DNA of 64,000 bases from Nitrospirota bacterium (lineage in GTDB: Bacteria; Nitrospirota; Thermodesulfovibrionia; Thermodesulfovibrionales; Dissulfurispiraceae): the NCBI GenBank assembly GCA_963790025.1, contig CAWBMP010000004.1, positions 224,001-288,000 on the forward strand, given 5' to 3'. This document shows positions 1 to 11,407 of this stretch, one piece after another. The translations under genes and the position numbers were made by a program. Each line of letters starts with the position of its first letter. Position 1 is the first letter of the stretch. The notes under the pieces are model-generated. The model did no database searches and was not told the origin of the DNA. It saw only the letters and a list, made by a program, of their open reading frames with translations.

Positions 1-2438
1 TGTCTTATCGTCCCGCTGCTCAACGCTATCCAGCCTTCCGCTCAAATTAAAGGAACCAACATTTACCCGTATCGGCTCCTCGCTTTGCAAAACAGTCACT
101 TTTTTTTCTTTCACAAGAGGAAGATAGTAATATTTAAGAACGTCAGCCATGTGTCTCTTGACCTGCCTCTTTAGAAAATAGAGAGCTCCAGAAGGGTCTT
201 TGCCATATTTTTGCTCAAAGAGCCCTTCCACAATAGAATCCATTTGCCTGATGATTATGTCTGTTTCCTCTAAAGGCCTGCCTTTCTTGTCGAAGAAATA
301 TCGCATCAAGACAGCATGGACGAAATTTCCCAAATCATCTCGTTCGATGTCTCCTGTCATCTCTTCCTTACGGCTGAGTCCGAGTACAGAGGCGTAGTAG
401 AACTGAAGCGGGCACTTGAGATACCTGTTCAGCGCGGTCGCACTGTAGCAGAAGTCTCTTAGGAAGGCTACCATCCCATCGGTCTTTGCAATCGGGCCGG
501 GAGCGCTGTTTATTAGTTTCACCTGATACTGGACAGGTCTGATGTAGGACATTACATCGGTTATCTTGTCTTTTTTCTGTCTGTCCCAGAGAAGCTTCTC
601 AACGAACCTCGACCGCTCTGTTTTGTCGTTTTCGATGAAAAAGAGATGGACCTTTTTTGCCCCTTTAAGGAGTGCATCGAAATAGTATGCGGTGAGCTTG
701 TCCCTGTCCATATAAGTGGGAAGCCCCAGTATCTCCCGGGCCTTGAAGGGGAGGAGAGTTTCTTCTTTCCTCGTATCGGGCAGGATGTCCTCATTCGCGT
801 CCAGGACAAAGACTGTCTCGAACTTCAGGTTCCTCGTCTCGAGGGACCCCAGCACCTGCAGTCCCTTGACAGGCGTGCCTGAAAAAGGGGTATGGACGGT
901 CATTATGTATTTCCTTAAGAATACGAAATAGCTGGACCTTTCCGAAAAGGCGATGTCTTTCATCATAGATCTCAGAAGTACATCAAGAGATGCTATAAAG
1001 GACTCGGAGAATGGATGAAAAAGGGGGTGAAGTCTTGCCGTGCTGTTATTGAAGATAAACAGTAGCGCCTCGATGCATTTACTCGCAAAGTCTCTGATGT
1101 TTTGGAAGGAAATGAATCTTTCTATTGTATTTTTGTGAATGACTTTCAGATGCTCCCTAAGGTGTTCTTCCCTGGTCCCCTTTTCGTATTCCGGGAGCTT
1201 TTTCAGAATGTCCCCAAAAAGAGTTTCGTTCCTCTCGATCTCTTTTATAGTGGTAAAGGTCCTGGCCTTGTGCTTGAGAAGCTCCTCCTCGATAGTATGG
1301 AACATCACTCGTGTCGTCTCGGACTTACCGTTGAAATAAATATTCTTTGTGTAGGGATGAAGAATGAATTTCAAGTAATCGGGGATATAAATCCTGTCGC
1401 CATCCATCGAATTCACCAGTTCCATCAGGTTATTGAGAAAACCGAAGACAGGGGTACGATGTAATGGATACCCTAACGACACGTTGTATTCATCCTCGTG
1501 CATGTCCGAGATCCCTGGCGCAAGAGAGGGAAAAGGGTCTCTGACGAAGGCAGGACAATGACTGTGTTCTCGTCAGGATTATTAACCGCGTCGCCGTTTG
1601 TCCCAAGGATTTTCCCAAGCGCCAGAACCTGGCCATGAGTGTCGGGACTGCTGTAAAAGTGCACCTCCGGTCCCGTGTCCACGCTTTCCATTATCTCGTG
1701 GGTGATGCCAAGCTCCTTGAGTTTCTCATTCAATCCCATACCATCCTGGAAGATAAGGACTGTATTGTCGTATAAGAGCAGCTTTCGAAACAGGGCCTTT
1801 TCTGCATTAGTGAGAGCAAAGAAGCCCGCGAAGATTATACTTTCAAAGCTGCTGAGCACGGCTTTGTATATCTTCTCAGCAGCAATCTGATATCTCCTTG
1901 ACCTGGTCGAAAACCCCAATGCATCTATTTCTCTATAGAACTGCTCATAGAAATAAGACAGGGACTGTAACCCGATGATCGTCTGCTCAGGCATACCCTC
2001 TGTAATGAAGGATTCGATTCCCTTGACCATCTGGGGCTTGATGCCTTCAATAGTCAACTCCTCGATGTCACGATATATTTTGAGCCCAAGGGGGAAAAAA
2101 CTATCAGGAGTCATGAACCCTTTTCCGCCAAGCGGCGTCGCGGCCTTCCTGTGTATATCGTAAAGCAGGGCAACAGCATCTATGGTCTCAATCTTCTTTC
2201 CAGGGCTTAACTCATAGAATAGCGAATCCATAAACTCATCCATCGAAAAGACCATAGGCGGGATGAAGCTTGCATTGACCTTCGCGGCCAGCGCCTTTCT
2301 AAGAAAGTGGGACGGCCTTTTGCCGGGAAAAACCACAAGGGATGAAGAGTAATCCCTTTCAGTTCCAGTCAAGTGGGCCAGCACTTCTTCTATCAAGCTT
2401 TTGCCGGGTGGAATGATAACCGTGTTCAGTGTATTCAT
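1..2438 (-). pseudogene. addB: AddB/RexB-like PD-(D/E)XK nuclease subunit, interrupted by a 1-nt frameshift at ~1513-1515; 3' end runs off the window
   Basis: ORF 1473..2438 (VFPGKRP motif) goes out of frame at CAG GGA TC. Adding one G restores a frame open down to position 1, with GLQVLGSLETRNL, SATALNRYLKCPLQFYY and SGRLD motifs. It overlaps the addA stop by 4 nt. Could be a sequencing error. Confidence 0.8.
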
Positions 2439-5400
2439 CCGGCCTTCTCCACTTCGCCGAGGTCGACGAAGGCAATAATACCCTTGACGGTTTTTCCGGT
2501 ATAGACATCACCCAGTATGTTCATGTAATTCTTCAACTGGGCCCTGTATTTTTCTATCGCTTCCTTGTCCTTTCCTGTCTTATAGTCGATCACAATAACG
2601 CTGTCATTGTCTATTACGACCCTGTCCATCCTGAAAAGCCTGCCGGCATTGTCAGAATACTCCTGCTCTTTCCTGGTCACCATCCCCGGCACTGCACTGA
2701 AATACCTTTCTATCTCTTTGTTCCTTACTAATGCAATGACGATAGCTTTGATCTCTTTGTCGGAATAATCCGATCCGGTCTCATCCTTTACACGACTTAT
2801 GATCTCTTGCAGTTCGGTTTCAAAATTGTCCTTCACGCAGTCAACAAAGAACAGTACTCTGTGGATGAACTCACCCCTCCTTTTTTCATCTAATGTCAGG
2901 AACTTTTCGGGACCGGCCCGGAATTCAAGCTGCCTGTGGCGGTACAGGAGCTGACATGAAGAAGGAGTCCCTTGTGCTTCCGCCGGCGGGACCTCAGGAC
3001 TATATTCAGGTTTGGCCGAAGGAGAAAAGTCGCCTGCCGGGAGTAAAACGAACGGATAACCCTTGTCATTGCTTTTGACCCCGATCACGTAAAGCTCACT
3101 CTTGGGACGGGTGAACCCCACATAGAGGCTGTTAAGCCTGTTCACCATCTCACTCATCCTCTCTTTATCATAGAGAATCCGGAGGGTCTCGTCACAGGCT
3201 GCAGTAGTCTTGTTGATCTTGAGGAGGCAGACCGTCTCACCCTTGTCCTCGATAATATATTCAAAGCCCCTGTTTCTTACTTCATAGAGGAGGACAATAA
3301 CAACGGGGAACCCCAGCCCTTTGGATTTGTGTATGGTCATGACCTGAACAGCATTAATGTTCCTGGGGACGGCCATGTCCCATTCAGACTCGCCCTTTTC
3401 ATCGTCCGTTGCGGTCTCCAGAAAATCCTTGAGGCTGTTGAATCCTCCTCCTTCAAAGTCTTTGACCACCTCAAGTATCTTAACGAGTGCCGCCTCCTCA
3501 GACGGCATGTTCTCAAAAACACTGAATACGGCAAAAACCTCTGTGACCAGGTCGTAAAGCGGCAGGAACCCGGTTGCCCTGAAAAGACCGTCGAAATACT
3601 GTTCCCAAAGGCCGCTGAACTTCTTTTGAAACGCCTTATATAAAGGAGGCTTCTTTCTATGCGTGAAGCAGAATTCCCTCAGCCCCTCGATACCGTCCCC
3701 AGGATGGTCCTTCGCAATCGTACTCGTGAAAACATCGCCCAGAATGAAGACGCCGAATGAAAAGTCGTCAGTAGGAGAGTCGAGGAAGTTCATGAGCGCG
3801 ATAATCTCTCCGGTTATCTTGCGCCTCCTCACATCCAGGCTGCTGTATGATATAAAGGGGATTTCCTTCTCGTTCAGCCATGTCGTGGCACTGACTGCAT
3901 ATTCGTTCGTCTGAGTAAGCACGGCAATATCACCGTACCGGTAACCGCGTGTGTGCAGTTCTTTTATGATTTCCTGGATCTTTTCCCGCTCAGCAGGTTC
4001 TTCGTCGTTCCGTTCGTGAAGGGAGACCTCTACATACCCATCGTCGCCTTTATCTTCTTTCGGCTTTTGTATGTATTCGGTAAGACCACTTCTGCGTCCG
4101 GCCTCTCTGTATTCATCGTTCCCGGGAAGTTTCTCTTTGAAAACTCTTTCGTTGAACTGAAGTATCCTCTTTCTGCTCCTGTAGTTAGTGTCAAGCTCCC
4201 TGACGGCATGTTCGGCTGAAGGAAATGGATTTGTCTCTTCGAGTCCTTTCATGATGGTGTAGTCTGCGTTCCGGAAGCCGTATATAGCCTGCTTTGTGTC
4301 CCCAACCGCAAAGAGGCTTCCTCCCTGGGAAAGCGAGTTCTCGATGAGGGGCAAAAGATTCTCCCACTGTATGGGCGAGGTGTCTTGAAACTCATCGATG
4401 AGGAAATGGAAAATAGTGTCGCCGAGCCTGAAATAGACATCGGGGACCATTGAACTGTTGAGATACTCGGCAAGCTGCATGTTGATGTCCTCGATGAATA
4501 CCTTGCCTTGCTGCCTCTTCACCAAATCCACAGTCCCGCTGAAGGCCTGATAGGCCTTCACGTACGGCACACAGCGAGTGCGGACGAAACAAATGGTGTA
4601 CTGCCGGGTCAATTCCCCGACATCAGACCACAAATTTAATATCCTGTCATATGCAGCCTGCTCCCTGCCTTCACCTTTTTTCGGCTTGTTAACTGGAGGA
4701 TTGGCAAATCCCTTTCCTATAAGATCTGGAAATCTTTTCTCCCTAACCAGAGACAAGATAGTCTTGTAAGAGGAATTGCCGCGTTCCTTTAGGCCCGAGA
4801 CCCCGATCTCTTTTTCAATGTCGTTAACAAGCGCAATTATTTTGTCTTTAACTTTGTTAAGGTCTTCACCGTAATCCTCAATCGCAGCCAATTTCCCCTT
4901 GGATGAAAGTTTCCTGTAAATTTTCTTTATCTCGTCAAGAAGCACCGTTGATGGGTCCCATAAATAGGCTTCAGTGACCCTCTTCTGCTCCAGCAGCAGG
5001 TCCACGATCTCTTCGATGCAGACCGCCTCGGTCGTCCCATGCCTGACATTTCGCATAAAAAGATTGAAGGAGTAGCCCATCAGCAAATCGTTGTTTATTA
5101 AGATATCAAAGTCCGGGTTATACCCAAAATCGATAGCCGAGGCCTTAAAAACGGTCGCCATGAAACTGTCGATCGTCTTCACCTGGAAATCCGAGTAGCT
5201 GTCAAGTATCTCTCCTATCAGGAGGCCGGCCTGTTCTCGCATGCCTCCAACATCGAGCGAGGTTATCTTTGAGAGTTCCCGTACCTTTGCCTCGTCCCCG
5301 AAATAGACCTCCTTCAGCCACGAGAGCGTCCTCTCCTTCATTTCTTTTGCGGCATTGTTAGAAAAGGTTATTGCAAGCATGTTCCTGAGACTGTTTCTCG

Positions 5401-5536
5401 GGACCCTGGCGGAAAGAAGAAATTGGACGAACCTCTCTGTGAGGGCATAAGTTTTCCCGGAGCCGGCCGATGCCTTAAGGACCGTGAAGTGGGGAAACTT
5501 CAAATCTGTATCTTTTATTAAAAACGGTTCTCCCAT
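2435..5536 (-). CDS. addA: AddA/RecB-like UvrD helicase-nuclease
   Basis: Walker A ASAGSGKT, IDEFQDT, VGDTKQAIYGFR, TIHKSKGL and C-terminal nuclease MDR..IDYKTG. Start placed at the ATG after a GAGGAG RBS. Confidence 0.9.
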   Translation of the reverse strand: MGEPFLIKDTDLKFPHFTVLKASAGSGKTYALTERFVQFLLSARVPRNSLRNMLAITFSNNAAKEMKERTLSWLKEVYFGDEAKVRELSKITSLDVGGMREQAGLLIGEILDSYSDFQVKTIDSFMATVFKASAIDFGYNPDFDILINNDLLMGYSFNLFMRNVRHGTTEAVCIEEIVDLLLEQKRVTEAYLWDPSTVLLDEIKKIYRKLSSKGKLAAIEDYGEDLNKVKDKIIALVNDIEKEIGVSGLKERGNSSYKTILSLVREKRFPDLIGKGFANPPVNKPKKGEGREQAAYDRILNLWSDVGELTRQYTICFVRTRCVPYVKAYQAFSGTVDLVKRQQGKVFIEDINMQLAEYLNSSMVPDVYFRLGDTIFHFLIDEFQDTSPIQWENLLPLIENSLSQGGSLFAVGDTKQAIYGFRNADYTIMKGLEETNPFPSAEHAVRELDTNYRSRKRILQFNERVFKEKLPGNDEYREAGRRSGLTEYIQKPKEDKGDDGYVEVSLHERNDEEPAEREKIQEIIKELHTRGYRYGDIAVLTQTNEYAVSATTWLNEKEIPFISYSSLDVRRRKITGEIIALMNFLDSPTDDFSFGVFILGDVFTSTIAKDHPGDGIEGLREFCFTHRKKPPLYKAFQKKFSGLWEQYFDGLFRATGFLPLYDLVTEVFAVFSVFENMPSEEAALVKILEVVKDFEGGGFNSLKDFLETATDDEKGESEWDMAVPRNINAVQVMTIHKSKGLGFPVVIVLLYEVRNRGFEYIIEDKGETVCLLKINKTTAACDETLRILYDKERMSEMVNRLNSLYVGFTRPKSELYVIGVKSNDKGYPFVLLPAGDFSPSAKPEYSPEVPPAEAQGTPSSCQLLYRHRQLEFRAGPEKFLTLDEKRRGEFIHRVLFFVDCVKDNFETELQEIISRVKDETGSDYSDKEIKAIVIALVRNKEIERYFSAVPGMVTRKEQEYSDNAGRLFRMDRVVIDNDSVIVIDYKTGKDKEAIEKYRAQLKNYMNILGDVYTGKTVKGIIAFVDLGEVEKAG

Positions 5537-5713
5537 ATGCTCCTCACCCAATATTATAGAACAATAAACACATATCGATTATGCAGGCTTCCGGCAAGAG
5601 TTGTATACTATTAACGGTACTGAGTATCGGTCCAGGATAATATTAATTTGTTTTCTTGACGCAGAACCACAAGCAGGCGCCTTAGGCAAGCCGTGTGGAG
5701 AGAAGGAGGTTTT

Positions 5714-6511
5714 ATGGGAACACCCGGATTTCAAATATCGCTGAGTCTGATTTTTTCTGTCGTACTTGCTCTCTATATACTTGGGAGCGCAATAAGAATA
5801 CTTAAAGAATATGAGCGCGGTGTGGTATTCAGGCTCGGAAGGATAATACCCCTTAAGGGCCCGGGCCTTGTTCTGATATTTCCTGTCATTGATAAGTTGG
5901 TGAAAGTGAGCCTGCGGACGGTGACAATGGACGTTCCACCGCAGGACATCATCACAAAAGACAATATTACGGTTAAAGTCAACGCCGTGATCTATTTCAG
6001 GCCGGTAGACCCTATACGGGCAATCACTGAAGTCGAGGATTTCATTTATGCCACCTCTCAAATAGCGCAGACCACTCTGAGAAGCATTCTTGGCCAGAGC
6101 CAGCTCGATGATCTTCTCGCAAAACGTGACGAGCTTAATGTGGAACTGCAGCGCGTGATTGATCAGCAGACGGAACCCTGGGGGGTTAAAGTCAGCGCCG
6201 TTGAAGTAAAAAATGTCGATCTGCCAAGTGAGATGCTGCGGGCAATAGCGCGGCAGGCCGAAGCCGAAAGGGAACGGAGGGCAAAGATAATACATGCTGA
6301 AGGAGAATTCCAGGCATCTCAAAAGCTTGCGGATGCCGCAAAGATCATTTCATCCGAGCCCGCTACACTGCAGCTCAGGTACCTTCAGACGCTCACGGAA
6401 ATAGCGACCGAGAAAAATTCAACGATCATATTTCCGCTACCCATAGATCTTCTGAGTCTCTTTCTCGACAAGATCGGGAAGAAGACGCGCTCCGAGCTAC
6501 CATCTGATTAA
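5714..6511 (+). CDS. SPFH/band 7 (stomatin/slipin) membrane protein
   Basis: N-terminal TM, then [32 protein letters not shown] and [18 protein letters not shown]. The 3' end overlaps convergent fabH by 15 nt. Confidence 0.93.
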   Translation: MGTPGFQISLSLIFSVVLALYILGSAIRILKEYERGVVFRLGRIIPLKGPGLVLIFPVIDKLVKVSLRTVTMDVPPQDIITKDNITVKVNAVIYFRPVDPIRAITEVEDFIYATSQIAQTTLRSILGQSQLDDLLAKRDELNVELQRVIDQQTEPWGVKVSAVEVKNVDLPSEMLRAIARQAEAERERRAKIIHAEGEFQASQKLADAAKIISSEPATLQLRYLQTLTEIATEKNSTIIFPLPIDLLSLFLDKIGKKTRSELPSD

Positions 6512-7477
6512 CGCTGAAGCCCATGTCAGTCCGCCGCCAAAGGCCTCAAGGAGCACATAGTCGTCACTTCTGATCCTTCCGCTCCTTACTGCCTCATCGA
6601 GCGCTATGGGTATTGAAGCCGCCGAAGTATTGCCGTAATGGTCTAAATTGATGATGACCTTATCCATCGGCAGGCCGAGCCGCTTTGCTGTGGCCTGAAT
6701 AATCCGCAGATTGGCCTGATGTGGTACCAGACATGAAAGCTGAGAGATTTTCAGATTGTTCTGCCTCAACGTGTCGGTGACAAGACTTTCGAGTACCTTC
6801 ACCGCAACTTTGAAGGTCTCATTGCCTTTCATCTTTATAAAGTGCATTCCTTTGCCGATTGTCTCTTTTGAGGAAGGATGTCTCGAGCCACCGGCGGGAA
6901 GGGTCAATAAATCGCCTAAACTGCCGTCGGCATGGAGGTCTGCAGAAAGAATCCCGTTATCTCCGGTAGTGGCCTCTAGGACCGCCGCGCCTGCACCGTC
7001 GCCGAAAAGAACGCAGGTATTCCTGTCTTCCCAATCAGTGAAACGGGAAAGCGTTTCAGAGCCCACAAGGAGTATTTTCTTGTACTGTCCTGACCTTATG
7101 AAGCTGTTTGCAATGGATAGGCCGTAGATGAAACCTGAACACGCGGCATTTATATCAAAAGCAGCGGCTTTTTTAGCATCGAGACAGTGTTGAAGCAGAC
7201 AGGCCGTCGAAGGCAGTGGAGAATCGCCCGTCAAAGTCGCCATAATGATCAGGTCCAGCTCTTTTGCCTTAAGGCCCGCGTATTTCAGGGCATTTTTGGC
7301 GGCATTCAGGGCCAAGTCTGATGTTGCCTGTTTCGCCCCCGCTATACGTCGTTCCTTTATTCCTGTACGCTCGATAATCCATTCATCTGAAGTCGTAACA
7401 ATTTTTTCAAGATCGGAATTTGTGACCACCCTTTCAGGAACATACGAACCGGTCGCTATTATTCGCGCTCTAAGCAT
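6497..7477 (-). CDS. fabH: 3-oxoacyl-ACP synthase III
   Basis: Catalytic motifs AACSGF, PHQAN and GNTSAAS; C-terminal FGGGLTW; directly downstream of plsX. Confidence 0.96.
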   Translation of the reverse strand: MLRARIIATGSYVPERVVTNSDLEKIVTTSDEWIIERTGIKERRIAGAKQATSDLALNAAKNALKYAGLKAKELDLIIMATLTGDSPLPSTACLLQHCLDAKKAAAFDINAACSGFIYGLSIANSFIRSGQYKKILLVGSETLSRFTDWEDRNTCVLFGDGAGAAVLEATTGDNGILSADLHADGSLGDLLTLPAGGSRHPSSKETIGKGMHFIKMKGNETFKVAVKVLESLVTDTLRQNNLKISQLSCLVPHQANLRIIQATAKRLGLPMDKVIINLDHYGNTSAASIPIALDEAVRSGRIRSDDYVLLEAFGGGLTWASALIRW

Positions 7478-7480
7478 GCC

Positions 7481-8497
7481 CTATACGCCTTCCGCTGTCT
7501 TTCTGTTTGCATAATCGGCAAGTGTTTGCGCAATCGTTTCGTGCACTTTTTTCTCCGCCATCTCGGCAGACACCCGTATGGCATTTTTTATGGCCTTGGA
7601 TGATGAACGCCCGTGGCTTATGATACACGTACCGTTAATTCCGAGCAGCGGGGCACCGCCATATTCAGAATAATCGGTCCTCTTTCTGAAGTTCCGGATC
7701 GCAGGTTTGATCATAAGGTAACCGAGCTTGCCGGTCGTGACATTGATGATTTCCCTTTTAAGCATCTTTAAAATGGCTTCGGCAAGCCCCTCGCTGACTT
7801 TCAGGACAATATTACCGATAAATCCGTCGCACACAATTACATCGGCTTTTCCTGCGAAGATATCTTTCCCCTCTATGTTGCCGGTAAAATTCATGCCTGC
7901 GTGCCTGAGGAGTTTAAAAGCCTCTTTTGTGAGTTCGTTTCCCTTGGTATCTTCCTCGCCTATGCCCAGAAGAGAGACTGACGGCTCCGGGACACCAAAA
8001 ATCTCCCTGTAATAAGCGTTCCCCATTTGGGCAAATTGCAGAAGATTATCGGGTTTGCAGTCGACGTTGGCGCCGGCATCGATCAGCACGAAGAAACCGG
8101 TAAGTGAGGGCATGATAGTGGCGATAGCAGGCCTGTCCACATTGGGCAGCTTTCCAAGCAGGAAAAGTGCGGTTGCCATGGCGACACCCGAATGACCTGC
8201 ACTGACCGCGGCATCTGCGAGATTGCTTTTGACGAGTTCGACTGCCACCCGGATCGAGGAATCCTTTTTTTTCCTGAGCGCAACAGCAGGCGCTTCCTGC
8301 ATCGCGACAACTTCAGATGCATGGACTATGGATATTTTATGGGACGGATAACGCCTTGTGCTGAGAGAATCAGCCAGCTGTTGGCGGTCACCGACCAGAA
8401 TTACCTCAACATCATACTCGTTGACCGCCTCCACTGCTCCAGCTATGGTTAGTTCAGGAGCAAAATCGCCCCCCATAGCATCGAGGGCAACCTTCAT
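7481..8497 (-). CDS. plsX: Phosphate acyltransferase PlsX
   Basis: MKVALDAMGGDFAP N-terminus, DAGAN, VCDGFIGN and GGAPLLG. The ATG overlaps the rpmF stop (ATGA). Confidence 0.96.
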   Translation of the reverse strand: MKVALDAMGGDFAPELTIAGAVEAVNEYDVEVILVGDRQQLADSLSTRRYPSHKISIVHASEVVAMQEAPAVALRKKKDSSIRVAVELVKSNLADAAVSAGHSGVAMATALFLLGKLPNVDRPAIATIMPSLTGFFVLIDAGANVDCKPDNLLQFAQMGNAYYREIFGVPEPSVSLLGIGEEDTKGNELTKEAFKLLRHAGMNFTGNIEGKDIFAGKADVIVCDGFIGNIVLKVSEGLAEAILKMLKREIINVTTGKLGYLMIKPAIRNFRKRTDYSEYGGAPLLGINGTCIISHGRSSSKAIKNAIRVSAEMAEKKVHETIAQTLADYANRKTAEGV

Positions 8498-8682
8498 GAC
8501 TCTTTGGAGACGACCTCTAATATCTTCTTGCCGTTGTAAGTCCCGCATTGGGAACATACCCGGTGCGGCTGCTTCATTTCCTTGCAATCAGGACAGGCAA
8601 CAAGGCTGGGAGTTTGTCCCTTCCAGTTAGCCCTTCTTTTGTCCCTTCTTGTACGTGTATGCCGATGTGTTGGATTTGCCAT
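8494..8682 (-). CDS. rpmF: 50S ribosomal protein L32 (zinc-ribbon form)
   Basis: Basic N-terminus, CPDC...HRVCSQCGTY, canonical yceD-rpmF-plsX context. Confidence 0.96.
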   Translation of the reverse strand: MANPTHRHTRTRRDKRRANWKGQTPSLVACPDCKEMKQPHRVCSQCGTYNGKKILEVVSKES

Positions 8683-8685
8683 AGA

Positions 8686-9195
8686 TTACTCCTTTCTCTT
8701 TAATAATTGTTCCAATACCTTTAAACGCGAATCTATTTCAGAAGTACTGCATTTGCAGTCCGAAACATTCAAATCTGCCCCGCACTTTGGGCATAGGCCC
8801 TTACACTCAGGTGAACAGAGCGGCTTCATAGGCATATTCAGCAGCAGCTGCTCCGTCAGCACTTCATCTGTATCAAGCGTGTCCTCTTTGTAAAAGCCTA
8901 TGTCAAGCTCATCGCTCTTCAATTTGTGGCGCTCTTCTTTATTAATCCTCTCTGAAGGCTCATACACAACATCGATCTGTGACAGCACCCCCATGGTATA
9001 CGCATTGAGGCACCTGCTGCACAACAACTCGACATCTCCTTCGATCATGCCGTTCACCAGCACTTCAGAACCTAATGTCCGCAGCTTCAAAGAGGCATGC
9101 AGCGGCGACACCGTTCTTACAGACTCCACCGTAATAGCCTCATTGAGTTCTATATCTATTCCCTCTTCAGGAATTTCAGAAACAATAATCTTCAT
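8686..9195 (-). CDS. yceD: YceD/DUF177 family protein
   Basis: CSRCL and PMKPLCSPECKGLCPKCG...DSRL motifs; upstream of rpmF. Confidence 0.92.
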   Translation of the reverse strand: MKIIVSEIPEEGIDIELNEAITVESVRTVSPLHASLKLRTLGSEVLVNGMIEGDVELLCSRCLNAYTMGVLSQIDVVYEPSERINKEERHKLKSDELDIGFYKEDTLDTDEVLTEQLLLNMPMKPLCSPECKGLCPKCGADLNVSDCKCSTSEIDSRLKVLEQLLKRKE

Positions 9196-9236
9196 AGAAT
9201 TAATTCACATACTTATAAATGAGTGTCGAATTGAAT

Positions 9237-9265
9237 ATTCTAAGTTTATCAGGCTGTTTTGTCAA
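9237..9265 (-). promoter_or_regulatory. Sigma70 promoter of the yceD-rpmF-plsX-fabH operon
   Basis: TTGACA-17 nt-TAGAAT on the minus strand. Confidence 0.7.
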
Positions 9266-9284
9266 GTGCGGTAGAAAATTATCC

Positions 9285-10487
9285 TTAAAGTTTAGCGGCT
9301 TTCAATTCAGCCATGATCGCTTCGGAAAGTCTCTTCAGGGATTGTCCCGTTTTCTTCGAAAGCGCTTTCAGGTCGGCATATTCGGGAGAAATATTGACAA
9401 TAGCACCTTCACTCCTTGCTATTTTCACCCTAACTTCGCCGAATCCGGTCTTGACTTTCCTGACCTCCCTTCCGAGCACCTGACGCCCGGCCTTATAGAA
9501 CCTGAGGCCGATGGTAGTAGTTTCGTTAAATATCAAAGAAGTAAGACGCTCCAGTTTGTGCTCGTCGGTAATTACAGTCAGCTTTATTGCAGGCCTCCCC
9601 TTTTTCATAATTATATTCTCCAAAAACACATCAAGAGCACCGGCTTTAAAGAGCTTATCGATAATATCCTCGTAGAATTGCGGATTCATATCATCTATAT
9701 TGGTCTCGATAACAACTACCTCTGTATCAGACGATCTTCTATCAGCCGCACTACTGTCTGTTCCGGCTGTTTTTCCGACAAATAGCCTGAGAACGTTTGG
9801 AACATGCTCTAAATCCCTGTTGCCGGCCCCATAGCCTATGACCTCCCTCCGCATAGCCGGTACAGGGAGCATTACAGCCTCCAACCCTGCTATAAGCACA
9901 GCACCTGTAGGAGTCGTCAACTCAAACGGGATACCGGATACATACGTCGTATACCCCTTCAAAAGCTCGGCGGTTGCCGGGGCCGGCACCGGCAATGTTC
10001 CATGTGCGCATTTTACCGTGCCGCTGCCCAGGTTAATGGGTGATGTATATACTTTCTCCACTCCGAGGAGATCGAGAGCGATGAGTGTTCCAAAGATGTC
10101 GACCATGCAATCTATTCCGCCAAGCTCGTGCAGATGCACCCGTTCGAGACTGTGGCCGTGCACTTTTGCCTCTGCCTCAAAAAGCCTTTTGAAAACCTTG
10201 AGCCCCTGATGTTGTATTTTCGCAGACAGTTTGGCCTTATTAATAACGGCCCTGAGATCTTTCCACCGCAAGGGCGAAGCATTATATCCCTTGTCGAGTA
10301 CGACATCCACCTTGGTCGCTGCGACACCCAAACGTAAAACCTTTTTTGACGTGAGATGGTACTGCCTGACAGGTAGCTTCCTGAGCAATGACCCGAGTTT
10401 TTCTATGCTGACACCGGCATCCACCAGGGCCCCGAGGCACATATCGCCGCTTATGCCGGCAAAACAGTCAAAATAGGCTATCTTCAT
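9285..10487 (-). CDS. larC: Nickel pincer cofactor biosynthesis protein LarC
   Basis: MKIAYFDCFAGISGDM, AEAKVHG..VHLHE, CAHGTLPVPAPAT, ETNIDDMNP and MKKGRP in one uninterrupted ORF. Confidence 0.93.
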   Translation of the reverse strand: MKIAYFDCFAGISGDMCLGALVDAGVSIEKLGSLLRKLPVRQYHLTSKKVLRLGVAATKVDVVLDKGYNASPLRWKDLRAVINKAKLSAKIQHQGLKVFKRLFEAEAKVHGHSLERVHLHELGGIDCMVDIFGTLIALDLLGVEKVYTSPINLGSGTVKCAHGTLPVPAPATAELLKGYTTYVSGIPFELTTPTGAVLIAGLEAVMLPVPAMRREVIGYGAGNRDLEHVPNVLRLFVGKTAGTDSSAADRRSSDTEVVVIETNIDDMNPQFYEDIIDKLFKAGALDVFLENIIMKKGRPAIKLTVITDEHKLERLTSLIFNETTTIGLRFYKAGRQVLGREVRKVKTGFGEVRVKIARSEGAIVNISPEYADLKALSKKTGQSLKRLSEAIMAELKAAKL

Positions 10488-10542
10488 CACAGTATTGTAC
10501 AATATAATCAGAAGTATAATCACATCTAAAGAGTGAAGGGTC

Positions 10543-11082
10543 ATGAAAATAATTGCTGAGCGCTCAATTGCTGGTAAGTCGTTAAGACTGGTTATGGGAG
10601 ACATCACGGAACGTGACGTCGATGCAATTGTCAATGCCGCCAACTCGCGCCTTCAGCACGGTGGTGGCGTCGCCGGCGCCATAGTCAGGAAAGGCGGGAT
10701 GGTCATTCAGGAAGAAAGCGACGCAATCGGCTTTGTCCCTGTAGGCCAGGCTGCGATCACAACGGCAGGCAAATTACCGTCGAAGTTCGTTATTCACGCA
10801 GTGGGTCCAAGGATGGGGGAAGGCGACGAAGACAACAAGCTTCAAAGCGCCGTGGCAAGCTCTTTTGCCCTGGCGTCGGGCAACGGTCTGGCTTCCATTG
10901 CGATGCCTGCCATCAGCTCCGGCATTTTCGGATTTCCCAAAGAGCGGTGTGCAAAGATACTCGTCAGAACGGCAAAAGATTTCCTTGCCGAAAATACGGG
11001 GTCATCTCTTAAGGTTGTCGAGTTCTGCATTTTTGATGAAACTACTCTTGGTTTTTTTAAGCAGGAATTTGATAAACTATAG
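10543..11082 (+). CDS. Macro-domain protein (O-acetyl-ADP-ribose deacetylase, YmdB-like)
   Basis: GDIT, AIVNAAN, GGGVAGAI, VIHAVGP and PAISSGIFGFP motifs. Confidence 0.93.
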   Translation: MKIIAERSIAGKSLRLVMGDITERDVDAIVNAANSRLQHGGGVAGAIVRKGGMVIQEESDAIGFVPVGQAAITTAGKLPSKFVIHAVGPRMGEGDEDNKLQSAVASSFALASGNGLASIAMPAISSGIFGFPKERCAKILVRTAKDFLAENTGSSLKVVEFCIFDETTLGFFKQEFDKL

Positions 11083-11108
11083 CTTCTGTTTTTTGGCGTC
11101 CTTTCAGT

Positions 11109-11180
11109 GCCGGGATAGCACAGTGGTAGTGCAGCTGATTCGTAATCAGCAGGTCGTCGGTTCAAATCCGATTCCCGGCT
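11109..11180 (+). tRNA. tRNA-Thr (anticodon CGT), CCA not encoded
   Basis: Acceptor stem GCCGGGA/TCCCGGC, D arm GCAC/GTGC, anticodon stem GCTGA/TCAGC with loop TTCGTAA, T loop TTCAAAT. Confidence 0.96.
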
Positions 11181-11407
11181 TTTCTTTTTCAACGACTTAC
11201 GCCCAACATGGGCAACTGATTTTATTGTAGAACAAGTTTAGAACAGTTTTCCTGTGCTCATTTGATCTATCTCAGCAGTTATTTAAAGTAATAGATTATC
11301 GAGATAGCTTTAACATCATCCTCCCTTTCACTTTGCCTATTATTGCGCTGAATGAACATGGCTATCCTCATTTTACGAATGAAGGGGAGAATAGTGAAAC
11401 GCTTATT

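Noticed and set aside
5579..6322. Long antisense ORFs (also 26541..27290, 28880..29983, 39683..40375, 61029..61793, 61328..62086)
   Set aside because: They are shadows of well-supported genes on the other strand and show no recognisable motifs.
9285..10643. Programmed frameshift in larC, and the 52-aa N-terminal extension
   Set aside because: larC is one continuous frame; the extension overlaps the divergent macro-domain gene, and homology starts at MKIAYFDC.
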